Source of the DNA: the human T2T-CHM13v2.0 reference genome, Homo sapiens
Reading direction: 5' to 3' (one strand)
NCBI RefSeq assembly: GCF_009914755.1
Contig: NC_060946.1
DNA: 64,000 nt
The notes below the pieces were generated by a model. It had not been told where the DNA came from, did no database searches, and saw only the letters and a list, made by a program, of their open reading frames with translations. Positions 27,234 to 41,000 of this stretch are shown here, piece after piece (position 1 is the first letter of the stretch; each line of letters opens with the position of its first letter). The position numbers were made by a program, and so were the translations under genes.

Positions 27234-29139
27234 CTAGGATGTGCCTAAATTAACTTTTTGACATAACCCTGTACTGATCATCCAGGTGATGGAGCTTTTG
27301 TCTAGGCTCTGCCTAAGGGGGCATTGTGACATATTTCTGCATTGATCACCCAGGTGGCGAACTCTTCTCTCTGATCTGCCTATGGGGGCATTGTGAGAAA
27401 TCTCTGCACTGATCACCCAGGTGATGTAACTGTTGTGTAACCTCTGCCTACAGGGGAATTGTGAGAGATCTCGTCACTGATTACCCAAGTGATGTAACCG
27501 TTGTCTAGGCTTTGCGTACAAGGGGCTTTGTGACATACCTTTGCACTGATCACCCAGGTGATGTAACACGTCTAAGTTCGGCCTAAAGGAGCTTTGTGAC
27601 ATATCTCTGCACTGATCACTTAGGTGATGTAACACTTTTATAATCACTGCCTACAGGGAATTTTGACAAATCTCTGCACTGATCACCTAGGTGATGTAAC
27701 TCTTGTCTACCCTGTGTCCAACGGGGCATTGTGAAATATCTCTGCACTGATCACCCAGGTGATTCAACTCTTGACTAGGAACTGCCTACAGAGGTTATTG
27801 TGAAATATCTCTGCACTGATAAACTAGGTGGTGTAACCCTTGTCCAAGCTCTGCCTACAGGGGCGTTTCCACATGTCCCTGAACTGATGACAGAGGTGAT
27901 GTAACCCTTGCCTAGGCTTTGCCTACAGGGAACATTGGACATATATCTGCACTGATCACCCAGGTGATGCAACTCTTGCCTAGGCTATGCCTACAGGGGA
28001 CATTGTGACATATCTCTTCAACGATCACTCATGTGATGCATCTCTTGCCTAGGCTTTGCCTACAGGGGACATTGTGACATATCTCTGCACTGATCTCCCA
28101 GGTGCTGTAACTTTAGTCTAGGATCTGGCTACACGGCATTGTGACATGTCACTGCACTGATCAACCAGGTGCTATAACTCTTGTATAGGCTCTGCCTACA
28201 GGGGGATTGTGACCTACCTCTGCACTGATCACCCAGGTGATATAACTCTTCTCTAGGATCTGCCTACAGGGTGCTTTGTGACATATCCCTGCACTGATCA
28301 CCCAGGTGATCTAACTCTGCTCTAAGCTCTGCCTAAAGGGGCATTTTGACAGATCTCTGCACTGATCACTTAGGTGATGTAAGTATTTTCTAGGCTCTGC
28401 TTCAAGGGGCCTTGTCACATATCTCTGCACTGGTCACCCTGGTGATGTAACTCTTGTCTAGGCTCTGCTTCCAGGGCATATTGTGACATATCTATGCACT
28501 GATCACCTTAGTGATGTAACACTTTGGCAGGCTCGGCCTACAGGGGAATCTTGACATATCTCTGCACTGTTAACCGAGGTGATTTAACTCTTGTCTAGGC
28601 TGTGCCCACAGGGGGATTGAGACATATCTCTGCACTGATCCCGAGGTGATACAACTCTTGCCTGGTCTCTGCCTACTGTGGCCATTGTGACATATCTCTG
28701 CACTGATCTCCCAGGTGCTGTAACTTTAGTCTAGGCTCTGGCTACACGGCATTGTGACATATCACTGCACTGATCACTCAGGTGATATAACTCTTCTCTA
28801 GGATCTGACCACGGGGTGCTTTGTGACATATCCCTGCAATGATCACACAGGTGATATACCACTTGCCAAGGCTCTGCTTACAGGGGCATTGCAATGTATC
28901 TCTGCACTGATCACCTAGGACTTGTAGCTATTTTCTAGGATCTGCCTACAGGGTGCTTTGTGACGGGTCCCAGCAAGGATTACCCAGGTAATGTACCTCT
29001 CATCAAGGCTCTGCCTACAGGCACATTGCGATATATCTCTGCACTGATCACCAAGGTCATGTAACTTTTGTCTAGGCTCTACCTACGATGGCATTGTGAC
29101 ATATCTCTGCATTAATCATCCAAGTGATGTAACACTTGA
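27234..29139. repeat. 28-mer HOR unit, chimeric transition into the 29-mer haplotype
   Basis: Spacing 1906. From ~28775 it carries 29-mer-type variants (GACCACGGGG, GATCACACAG, CTGCTTACA, GACGGGTCC). Confidence 0.8.
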
Positions 29140-32100
29140 CTAGGATGTGCCTAAATTAACTTTTTGACATAACCCTGTACTGATCATCCAGGTGATGGGG
29201 CTTTTGTCTAGGCTCTGCCTAAGGGGGCATTGTGACATATTTCTGCATTGATCACCCAGGTGGCGAACTCTTCTCTCGGATCTGCCTATGGGGGCATTGT
29301 GAGAAATCTCTGCACTGATCACCCAGGTGATGTAACTGTTGTGTAACCTCTGCCTACAGGGGAATTGTGAGAGATCTCTCCACTGATTACCCAAGTGATG
29401 TAACCATTGTCTAGGCTTTGCGTACAGGGGGCTTTGTGACATACCTTTGCACTGATCACCCAGGTGATGTAACACATCTAAGTTCGGCCTAAAGGAGCTT
29501 TGTGACACATCTCTGCACTGATCACTTAGGTGATGTAACACTTTTATTATCACTGCTTACAGGGAATTTTGACAAATCTCTGCACTGATCACCTAGGTGA
29601 TGTAACTCTTGTCTACCCTCCGTCCAACGGGGCATTGTGAAATATCTCAGCACTGAACACCCAGGTGAATCAACTCTTGACTAGGAACTGCCTACAGAGG
29701 TTATTGTGAAATATCTCTGCACTGATAAACTAGGTGGTGTAAACCTTGTCCAAGCTCTGCCTACAGGGGCGTTTCCACATATCCCTGAACTGACGACAAA
29801 GGTGATGTAACTCTTGCCTAGGCTTTGCCTACAGGGGACATTGGACATATATCTGCACTGATCACCCAGGTGATGCAACTCTTGCCTAGGCTTTGCCTAC
29901 AGGGGACACTGTGACATATCTCTTCAATGATCACTCATGTGATGCATCTCTTGCCTAGGCTTTGCCAGCAGGGGACGTTGTGATATATCTCTGCACTGAT
30001 CTCCCTGGTACTGTAACTTTAGTCTAGGCTCTGGCTACACGGCATTGTGACATATCACTGCACTGATCAACCAGGTGATATAACTCTTGTATAGGCTCTG
30101 CCTATAGGGGGATTGTGACCTACCTCTGCACTGATCACCCAGGTGATATAACTCTTCTCTAGGATCTGCCTACAGGGTGCTTTGTGACATATCCCTGCAC
30201 TGATCTCCCAGGTGACCTAACTCTGGTCTAAGCTCTGCCTAAAGGGGCATTGTGACAGATCTCTGCACTGATCACTCAGGTGATGTAACTATTGTCTAGG
30301 CTCTGCTTAAAGGGGCCTTGTCACATATCCCTGCACTGATCACCCAGGTGATGTAACTCTTGTCTAGGCTCTGCTTCCAGGGCATATTGTGACATAACTA
30401 TGCACTGACCACCTTAGTGATGTAACACTTGTGTAGGCTCGGCCTACAGAGGAATCTTGACATATCTCTGCCCTCTTAAACGAGGTGATTTAACTCTTGT
30501 CTAGGCTGTGCCCACAGGGGGATTGAGACATATCTCTGCACTGATCCTGAGGTGATCCAACTCTTGCCTGGTCTCTGCCTACTGGGGACATTGTGACATA
30601 TCTCTGCACTGATCTCCCAGGTGCTGTAAATTTTGTCTAGGCTCTGGCTACACGGCATTGTGACTTATCACTGCACTGATCACCCAGGCGATACAACTCT
30701 TGTCTAGGCTCTGCCTACAATGGTCTTGTGACATATCTCTGCACTGATCACCCAGGTGATATAACTCTTCTCTAGGATCTGACCACGGGGTGCTTTGTGA
30801 CATATCCCTGCAATGATCACACAGGTGATATACCACTTGCCAAGGCTCTGCTTACAGGGGCATTGCAATGTATCTCTGCACTGATCACCTAGGACTTGTA
30901 GCTATTTTCTAGGATCTGCCTACAGGGTGCTTTGTGACGGGTCCCAGCAAGGATTACCCAGGTGATGTACCTCTCATCAAGGCTCTGCCTACAGGCACAT
31001 TGCAATATATCTCTGCACTGATCACCAAGGTCATGTAACTTTTGTCTAGGCTCTACCTACGATGGCATTGTGACATATCTCTGCACTAATCATCCAAGTG
31101 ATGTAACACCTGTCTAGGATGTGCCTAAATTAACTTTTTGACATAACCCTGTACTGATCATCCAGGTGATGGAGCTTTTGTCTAGGCTCTGCCTAAGGGG
31201 GCATTGTGACATATTTCTGCATTGATCACCCAGGTGGCGAACTCTTATCTCGGATCTGCCTATGGGGGCATTGTGAGAAATCTCTGCACTGATCACCCAG
31301 GTGATGTAACTGTTGTGTAACCTCTGCCTACAGGGGAATTGTGAGAGATCTCGCCACTGATTACCCAAGTGATGTAACCATTGTCTAGGCTTTGCGTACA
31401 GGGGGCTTTGTGACATACCTTTGCACTGATCACCCAGGTGTTGTAACATATCTAAGTTCGGCCTAAAGGAGCTTTGTGACACATCTCTGCACTGATCACT
31501 TAGGTGATGTAACACTTTTATAATCACTGCCTACAGGGAATTTTGACAAATCTCTGCACTGATCACCTAGGTGATGTAACTCTTGTCTTCACTCTGTCCA
31601 ACGGGGCATTGTGAAATATCTCTGCACTGAACACCCAGGTGATTCAACTCTTGACTAGGAACTGCCTACAGAGGTTATTGTGAAATATCTCTGCACTGAT
31701 AAACTAGGTTGTGTAACCCTTGTCCAAGCTCTGCCTCCAGGGGCGTTTCCACATATCCCTGAACTGATGACAAAGGTGATGTAACCCTTGCCTAGGCTTT
31801 GCCTACAGGGGTCATTGGACATATATCTGCACTGATCACCCAGGTGATGCAACTATTGCCTAGGCTTTGCCTACAGGGGACACTGTGACATATCTCTTCA
31901 ATGATCACTCATGTGATGCATCTCTTGCCTAGGCTTTGCCAACAGGGGACATTGTGACATATCTCTGCACTGATCTCCCTGGTACTGTAACTTTAGTCTA
32001 GGCTCTGGCTACACGGCATTGTGACATATCACTTCAATGATCAACCAGGTGATATAACTCTTGTATAGGCTCTGCCTACAGGGGGATTGTGACCTACCTC

Positions 32101-35059
32101 TGCACTGATCACCCAGGTGATATAACTCTTCTCTAGGATCTGCCTACAGGGTGCTTTGTGACATATCCCTGCACTGATCACACAGGTGACCTAACTCTGG
32201 TCTAAGCTCTGCCTAAAGGGGCATTGTGACAGATCTCTGCACTGATCACTCGGGTGATGTAACTATTGTCTAGGCTCTGCTTAAAGGGGCCTTGTCACAT
32301 ATCCCTGCACTGATCACCCAGGTGATGTAACTCTTGTCTAGGCTCTGCTTCCAGGGCATATTGTGACATAACTATGCACTGATCACCTTAGTGATGTAAC
32401 ACTTGTGTAGGCTCGGCCTACAGAGGAATCTTGACATATCTCTGCACTGTTAAACGAGGTGATTTAACTCTTGTCTAGGCTGTGCCCACAGGGGGATTGA
32501 GACATATCTCTGCACTGATCCCGAGGTGATCCAACTCTTGCCTGGTCTCTGCCTACTGGGGACATTGTGACACATCTCTGCACTGATCTCCCAGGTGCTG
32601 TAAATTTTGTCTAGGCTCTAGCTACACGGCATTGTGACTTATCACTGCACTGATCACCCAGGCGATACAACTCTTGTCTAGGCTCTGCCTACAATGGTCT
32701 TGTGATATATCTCTGCACTGATCACCCAGGTGATATAACTCTTCTCTAGGATCTGACCACGGGCTGCTTTGTGACATATCCCTGCAATGATCACCCAGGT
32801 GATATACCACTTGCCAAGGCTCTGCTTACAGGGGCATTGTAATGTATCTCTGCACTGATCACCTAGGTCTTGTAGCTATTTCCTAGGATCTGCCTACAGG
32901 GTGCTTTGTGACGGGTCCCAGCAAGGATTACCCAGGTGATGTACTTCTCATCAAGGCTCTGCCTACAGGCACATTGCGATATATCTCTGCACTGATCACC
33001 TAGGTCATGTAACTTTTGTCTAGGCTCTGCCTACGATGGTATTGTGACATATCTCTGCACTAATCATCCAAGTGATGTAACACTTGTCTAGGATGTGCCT
33101 AAATTAAATTTGACATAACCCTGTACTGATCATCCAGGTGATGGGGCTTTTGTCTAGGCTCTGCCTAAGGGGGCATTGTGACATATTTCTGCATTGATCA
33201 CCCAGGTGGCTAACTCTTCTCTCGGATCTGCCTATGGGGGCATTGTGAGAAATCTCTGCACTGATCACCCAGGTGATGTAACTGTTGTGTAACCTCTGCC
33301 TACAGGGGAATTGTGAGAGATCTCGCCACTGATTACCCAAGTGATGTAACCATTGTCTAGGCTTTGCGTACAGGGGGCTTTGTGACATACCTTTGCACTG
33401 ATCACCCAGGTGATGTAACACATCTAAGTTCGGCCTAAAGGAGCTTTGTGACACATCTCTGCACTGATCACTTAGGTGATGTAACACTTTTATAATCACT
33501 GCCTACAGGGAATTTTGACAAATCTCTGCACTGATCACCTAGGTGATGTAACTCTTGTCTACCCTCTGTCCAACGGGGCATTGTGAAATATCTCAGCACT
33601 GAACACCCAGGTGATTCAACTCTTGACTAGGAACTGCCTACAGAGGTTATTGTGAAATATCTCTGCACTGATAAACTAGGTGGTGTAACCCTTGTCCAAG
33701 CTCTGCCTACAGGGGCGTTTCCACATATCCCTGAACTGATGACAAAGGTGATGTAACTCTTGCCTAGGCTTTGCCTACAGGGGACATTGGACATATATCT
33801 GCACTGATCACCCAGGTGATGCAACTCTTGCCTAGGCTTTGCCTACAGGGCACACTGTGACATATCTCTTCAATGATCACTCATGTGATGCATCTCTTGC
33901 CTAGGCTTTGCCAACAGGGGACATTGTGACATATCTCTGCACTGATCTCCCTGGTACTGTAACTTTAGTCTAGGCTCTGGCTACACGGCATTGTGACATA
34001 TCACTGCACTGATCAACCAGGTGATATAACTCTTGTATAGGCTCTGCCTACAGGGGGATTGTGACCTACCTCTGCACTGATCACCCAGGTGATATAACTC
34101 TTCTCTAGGATCTGCCTACAGGGTGCTTTGTGACATATCCCTGCACTGATGACCCAGGTGACCTAACTCTGGTCTAAGCTCTGCCTAAAGGGGCATTGTG
34201 ACAGATCTCTGCACTGATCACTCAGGTGATGTAACTATTGTCTAGGCTCTGCTTAAAGGGGCCTTGTCACATATCCCTGCACTGATCACCCAGGTGATGT
34301 AACTCTTGTCTAGGCTCTGCTTCCAGGGCATATTGTGACATAACTATGCACTGATCACCTTAGTGATGTAACACTTGTGTAGGCTCGGCCTACAGAGGAA
34401 TCTTGACATATCTCTGCACTGTTAAACGAGGTGATTTAACTCTTGTCTAGGCTGTGCCCACAGGGGGATTGAGACATATCTCTGCACTGATCCCGAGGTG
34501 ATCCAACTCTTGCCTGGTCTCTGCCTACTGGGGACATTGTGACATATCTCTGCACTGATCTCCCAGGTGCTGTAAATTTTGTCTAGGCTCTGGCTACACG
34601 GCATTGTGACTTATCACTGCACTGATCACCCAGGCGATACAACTCTTGTCTAGGCTCTGCCTACAATGGTCTTGTGATATATCTCTGCACTGATCACCCA
34701 GGTGATATAACTCTTCTCTAGGATCTGACCACGGGCTGCTTTGTGACATATCCCTGCAATGATCACCCAGGTGATATACCACATGCCAAGGCTCTGCTTA
34801 CAGGGGCATTGCAATGTATCTCTGCACTGATCACCTAGGTCTTGTAGCTATTTTCTAGGATCTGCCTACAGGGTGCTTTGTGACGTGTCCCAGCAAGGAT
34901 TACCCAGGTGATGTACCTCTCATCAAGGCTCTGCCTACAGGCACATTGTGATGTATCTCTGCACTGATCACCTAGGTCATGTAACTTTTTTCTAGGCTCT
35001 ACCTACGATGGCATTGTGACATATCTCTGCACTAATCATCCAAGTGATGTAACTCTTGT
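29140..35059. repeat. Three 29-mer HOR units (1974, 1974, 1972 bp)
   Basis: Markers at 29140, 31114, 33088 and 35060. An extra monomer (...GGCGATACAACTCTTGTCTAGGCTCTGCCTACAATGGTCTTGTG...) sits at 30678-30745, 32652-32719 and 34624-34691. Confidence 0.93.
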
Positions 35060-38000
35060 CTAGGATGTGCCTAAATTAACTTTTTGACATAACCCTGTAC
35101 TGATCATCCAGGTGATGGAGCTTTTGTCTAAGCTCTGACTAAGGTGGCATTGTGACATATTTCTGCATTGATCCCCCAGGTGGCGAACTCTTCTCTCTGA
35201 TCTGCCTATGGGGGCATTGTGAGAAATCTCTGCACTGATCACCCAGGTGATGTAACTGTTGTGTAACCTCTGCCTACAGGTTAATTGTGAGAGATCTCGT
35301 CACTGATTACCCAAGTGATGTAACCAATGTCTAGGCTTTGCGTACAGGGGGCTTTGTGACATACCTTTGCACTGATCACCCAGGTGATGTAACACATCAA
35401 AGTTCGGCCTAAAGGATCTCTGTGATATATTTCTTCACTGATCACTTAGGTGATGTAAAACTTTTATAATCACTGCCTACAGGGAATTTTGACAAATCTC
35501 TGCACTGATCACCTAGGTGATGTAACTCTTGTCTACCCTCTGTCCAACGGGACATTGTGAAATGTCTCTGCACTGATCACCCAAGTGATTCAACTCTTGA
35601 CTAGGAACTGCCTACAGAGGTTATTGTGAATTATCTCTGCACTGATAAACTAGGTGGGGTAACCCTTGTCCAAGCTCTGCCTACAGGGGCGTTTCCAGAT
35701 ATCCCTGAACTGATGACAAAGGTGATGTAACTCTTGCCTAGGCTTTGCCTACAGGGAACATTGGACATATATCTGCACTGATCACCCAGGTGATGCAACT
35801 CTTGCCTAGGCTTTGCCTACAGGGAACATTGTGACATATCTCTTCAATGATCACTCATGTGATGCATCTCTTGCCTAGGCTTTGCCTACAGGCGACATTG
35901 TGACATATCTCTGCACTGATCTCCCAGGTGCTGTAACTTTAGTCTAGGCTCTGGCTACACGGCATTGTGACATGTCACTGCACTGATCAACCAGTTGATA
36001 TAACTCTTGTATAGGCTCTGCCTACAGGGGTATTGTGACCTACCTCTGCACTGATCACCCAGGTGATATAACTCTTCTCTAGGATCTGCCTACAGGGTAC
36101 TTTGTGACATATCCCTGCACTGATCACCCAGGTGATCTAACTCTGGTCTAAGCTCTGCGTAAAGGGGCATTGTGACAGATCTCTGCACTGATCCCTCTGG
36201 TGATGTAAGTATTGTCTAGGCTCTGCTTCAAGGGGCCTTGTAACATATCTCTGCACTGATCATCCAGGTGATGTAACTCTTGTCTAGGCTCTGCTTCCAG
36301 GGCATATTGTGACATATCTATGCACTGATCACCTTAGTGATGTAACACTTTGGTAGGCTCGGCCTACAGGGGAATCTTGACATATCTCTGCACTGTTAAC
36401 CGAGGTGATTTAACCCTTGTCTAGGCTGTGCCCACATGGGGATTGAGACATATCTCTGCACTGATCCCGAGGTGATACAACTCTTGCCTGGTCTCTGCCT
36501 ACTGTGGACATTGTGACATATCTCTGCACTGATCTCCCAGGTGCTGTAACATTAGTCTAGGCTCCTGCTACAAGGCATTGTGACATATCACTGCACTGAT
36601 CACCCAGGCGATATAACTCTTCTCTAGGATCTGACCACAGGGTGCTTTGTTTCATATCCCTGCAATGATCACCCAGGTGATATACCACTTGCCAAGGCTC
36701 TGCCTACAGGGGCATTGCAATGTATCTCTGCACTGATCACCTAGGTCTTGTAGCTATTTTCTAGGACCTGCCTACAGGGTGCTTTGTGACGTGTCCCAGC
36801 AAGGATTACCCAGGTGATGTACCTCTCATCAAGGCTCTGCCTACAGGCACATTGTGATGTATCTCTGCACTGATCACCTAGGTCATGTAAATTTTTTCTA
36901 GGCTCTACCTACGATGGCATTGTGACATATCTCTGCACTAATCATCCAAGTGATGTAACTCTTGTCTAGGATGTGCCTAAATTAACTTTTTGACATAAAC
37001 CTGTACTGATCATCCAGGTGATGGAGCTTTTGTCTAGGCTCTGCCTAAGGGGGCATTGTGACATATTTCTGCTTTGATCACCCAGGTGGCGAACTCTTCT
37101 CTCGGATCTGCCAATGGGGGCATTGTGAGAAATCTCTGCACTGATCACCCAGGTGATGTAACTGTTGTGTAACCTCTGCCTACAGGTTAATTGTGAGAGA
37201 TCTCGTCACTGATTACCCAAGTGATGTAACCATTGTCTAAGCTTTGCGTACAGGGGGCTTTGTGACATACCTTTGCACTGATCACCCAGGTGAGGTAACA
37301 CATCAAATTTCGGACTAAAGGAGCTTCGTGATATATCTCAGCACTGATCACTTAGGTGATGTAACACTTTTATAATCACTGCCTACAGGGAATTTTGACA
37401 AATCTCTGCACTGATCACCTAGGTGATGTAACTCTTGTCTACCCTCTGTCCAACGGGACATTGTGAAATGTCTCTGCACTGATCACCCAGGTGATTCAAC
37501 TCTTGACTAGGAACTGCCTACAGAGGTTATTGTGAAATATCTCTGCACTGATAAACTAGGTGGGGTAACCCTTGTCCAAGCTCTGCCTACAGGGGCGTTT
37601 CCAGATATTCCTGAACTGATGACAAAGGTGATGTAACTCTTGCCTAGGCTTTGCCTACAGGGAACATTGGACATATATCTGCACTGATCACCCAGGTGAT
37701 GCAACTCTTGCCTAGGCTTTGCCTACAGGGGACACTGTGACATATCTCTTCAATGATCACTCAGGTGATGCATCTCTTGCCTAGGCTTTGCCAACAGGGG
37801 ACATTGTGACATATCTCTGCACTGATCTCCCTGGTACTGTAACTTTAGTCTAGGCTCTGGCTACACGGCATTGTGACATATCACTGCAATGATCAACCAG
37901 GTGATATAACTCTTGTATAGGCTCTGCCTACAGGGGGATTGTGACCTACCTCTGCACTGATCACCCAGGTGATATAACTCTTCTCTAGGATCTGCCTACA

Positions 38001-41000
38001 GGGTACTTTGTGACATATCCCTGCACTGATCACGCAGGTGATCTAACTCTGATCTAAGCTCTGCCTAAAGGGGCATAGTGACAGATCTCTGCACTGATCC
38101 CTCTGGTGATGTAAGTATTGTCTAGGCTCTGCTTCAAGGGGCCTTGTCACATATCTCTGCACTGATCACCCAGGTGATGTAACTCTTGTCTAGGCTCTGC
38201 TTCCAGGGAATATTGTGACATATCTATGCACTGATCACCTTAGTGATGTAACACTTTGGTAGGCTCGGCCTACAGGGGAATCTTGACATATCTCTGCACT
38301 GTTAACCGAGGTGATTTAACCCTTGTCTAGGCTGTGCCCACAGGGGGATTGAGACATATCTCTGCACTGATCCCGAGGTGATACAACTCTTGCCTGGTCT
38401 CAGCCTACTGTGGACATTGTGACATATCTCTGCACTGATCTCCCAGGTGCTGTAACTTTAGCCTAGGCTCCGGCTACACGGCATTGTGACATATCACTGC
38501 ACTGATCACCCAGGCGATATAACTCTTCTCTAGGATCTGACCACAGGGTGCATTGTGACATATCCCTGCAATGATCACCCAGGTGATATACCACTTGCCA
38601 AGGCTCTGCCTACAGGGGCATTGCAATGTATCTCTGCACTGATCACCTAGGTCTTGTAGCTATTTTCTAGGATCTGCCTACAGGGTGATTTGTGACGGGT
38701 CCCAGCAAGGATTACCCAGGTGATGTACCTCCCATCAAGGCTCTGCCTGCAGGCACATTGTGATGTATCTCTGCAGTGATCACCTCGGTCATGTAACTTT
38801 TTTCTGGGCTCTACCTACGATGGCATTGTGACATATCTCTGCACTAATCATCCAAGTGATGTAACTCTTGTCTAGGATGTGCCTAAATTAACTTTTTGAC
38901 ATAACCCTGTACTGATCATCCAGGTGATGGAGCTTTTGTCTAGGCTCTGCCTAAGGGGGCATTGTGACATATTTCTGCATTGATCACCCAGGTGGCGAAC
39001 TCTTCTCTCGGATCTGCCTATGTGGGCATTGTGAGAAATCTCTGCACTGATCACCCAGGTGATGTAACTGTTGTGTAACCTCTGCCTACAGGTTAATTGT
39101 GAGAGATCTCGTCACTGATTACCCAAGTGATGTAACCATTGTCTAGGCTTTTCGTACAGGGGGCTTTGTGACATACCTTTGCACTGATCACCCAGGTGAT
39201 GTATCACATCAAAGTTCGGCCTAAAGGAGCTTTGTGACATATCTCTGCACTGATCACTTAGGTGATTTAACACTTTTATAATCACTGCCTACAGGGAATT
39301 TTGACAAATCTCTGCACTGATCACCTAGGTGATGTAACTCTTGTCTACCCTCTGTCCAACGGGGCATTGTGAAATGTCTCTGCACTGATCACCCAGGTGA
39401 TTCAACTCTTGAATAGGAACTGCCTACAGAGGTTATTGTGAAATATCTCTGCACTGATAAACTAGGTGGTGTAACCCTTGTCCAAGCTCTGCCTACAGGG
39501 GCTTTTCCATATATCCCTGAACTGATGACAAAGGTGATGTAACACTTGCCTAGGCTTTGCATACAGGGAACATTGGACATATATCTGCACTGATCACCCA
39601 GGTGATGCAACTCTTGCCTAGGCTTTGCCTACAGGGGACATTGTGACATATCTCTTCAATGATCACTCATGTGATGCATCTCTTGCCTAGGCTTTGCCTA
39701 CAGGGGACATTGTGACATAACTCTGCACTGATCTCCCAGGTGCTGTAACTTTAGTCTAGGCTCTGGCTACACGGCATTGTGACCTACCTCTGCACTGATC
39801 ACCCAGGTGATATAACTCTTCTCTAGGATCTGCCTACAGGGTACTTTGTGACATATCCCTGCACTGATCACCCAGGTGATCTAACTCTGGTCTAAGCTCT
39901 GCGTAAAGGGGCATTGTGACAGATCTCTGCACTGATCCCTCTGGTGATGTAAGTATTGTCTAGGCTCTGCTTCAAGGGGCCTTGTCACATATCTCTGCAC
40001 TGATCACCCAGGTGATGTAACTCTTGTCTAGGCTCTGCTTCCAGGGCATATTGTGACATATCTATGCACTGATAACCTTAGTGATGTAACACTTTGGTAG
40101 GCTCGGCCTACAGGGGAATCTTGACATATCTCTGCACTGTTAACCGAGGTGATTTAACCCTTGTCTAGGCTGTGCCCACAGGGGGATTGAGACATATCTC
40201 TGCACTGATCCCGAGGTGATACAACTCTTGCCTGGTCTCTGCCTACTGTGGACATTGTGACATATCTCTGCACTGATCTCCCAGGTGCTGTAACTTTAGT
40301 CTCGGCTCCGGCTACAAGGCATTGTGACATATCACTGCACTTATCACCCAGGCGATATAACTCTTCTCTAGGATCTGACCACAGGGTGCTTTGTGACATA
40401 TCCCTGCAATGATCACCCAGGTGATATACCACTTGCCAAGGCTCTGCCTACAGGGGCATTGCAATGTATCTCTGCACTGATCACCTAGGTCTTGTAGCTA
40501 TTTTCTAGGATCTGCCTACAGGGTGCTTTGTGACGTGTCCCAGCAAGGATTACCCAGGTGATGTACCTCTCATCAAGGCTCTGCCTACAGGCACATTGTG
40601 ATGTATCTCTGCACTGATCACCTAGGTCATGTAACTTTTTTCTAGGCTCTACCTACAATGGCATTGTGACATATCTCTGCACTAATCATCCAAGTGATGT
40701 AACTCTTGTCTAGGATGTGCCTAAATTAACTTTTTGACATAACCCTGTACTGATCATCCAGGTGATGGAGCTTTTGTCTAGGCTCTGCCTAAGGGGGCAT
40801 TGTGACATATTTCTGCATTGATCACGCAGGTGGTGAACTCTTCTCTGGGATCTGCCTATGGGGGCATTGTGAGAAATCTCTGCACTGATCACCCAGGTGA
40901 TGTAACTGTTCTGTAACCTCTGCCTACAGGGGAATTGTGAGAGATCTCGTCACTGATTACCCAAGTGATGTAACCATTGTCTAGGCTTTGCGTACAGGGG

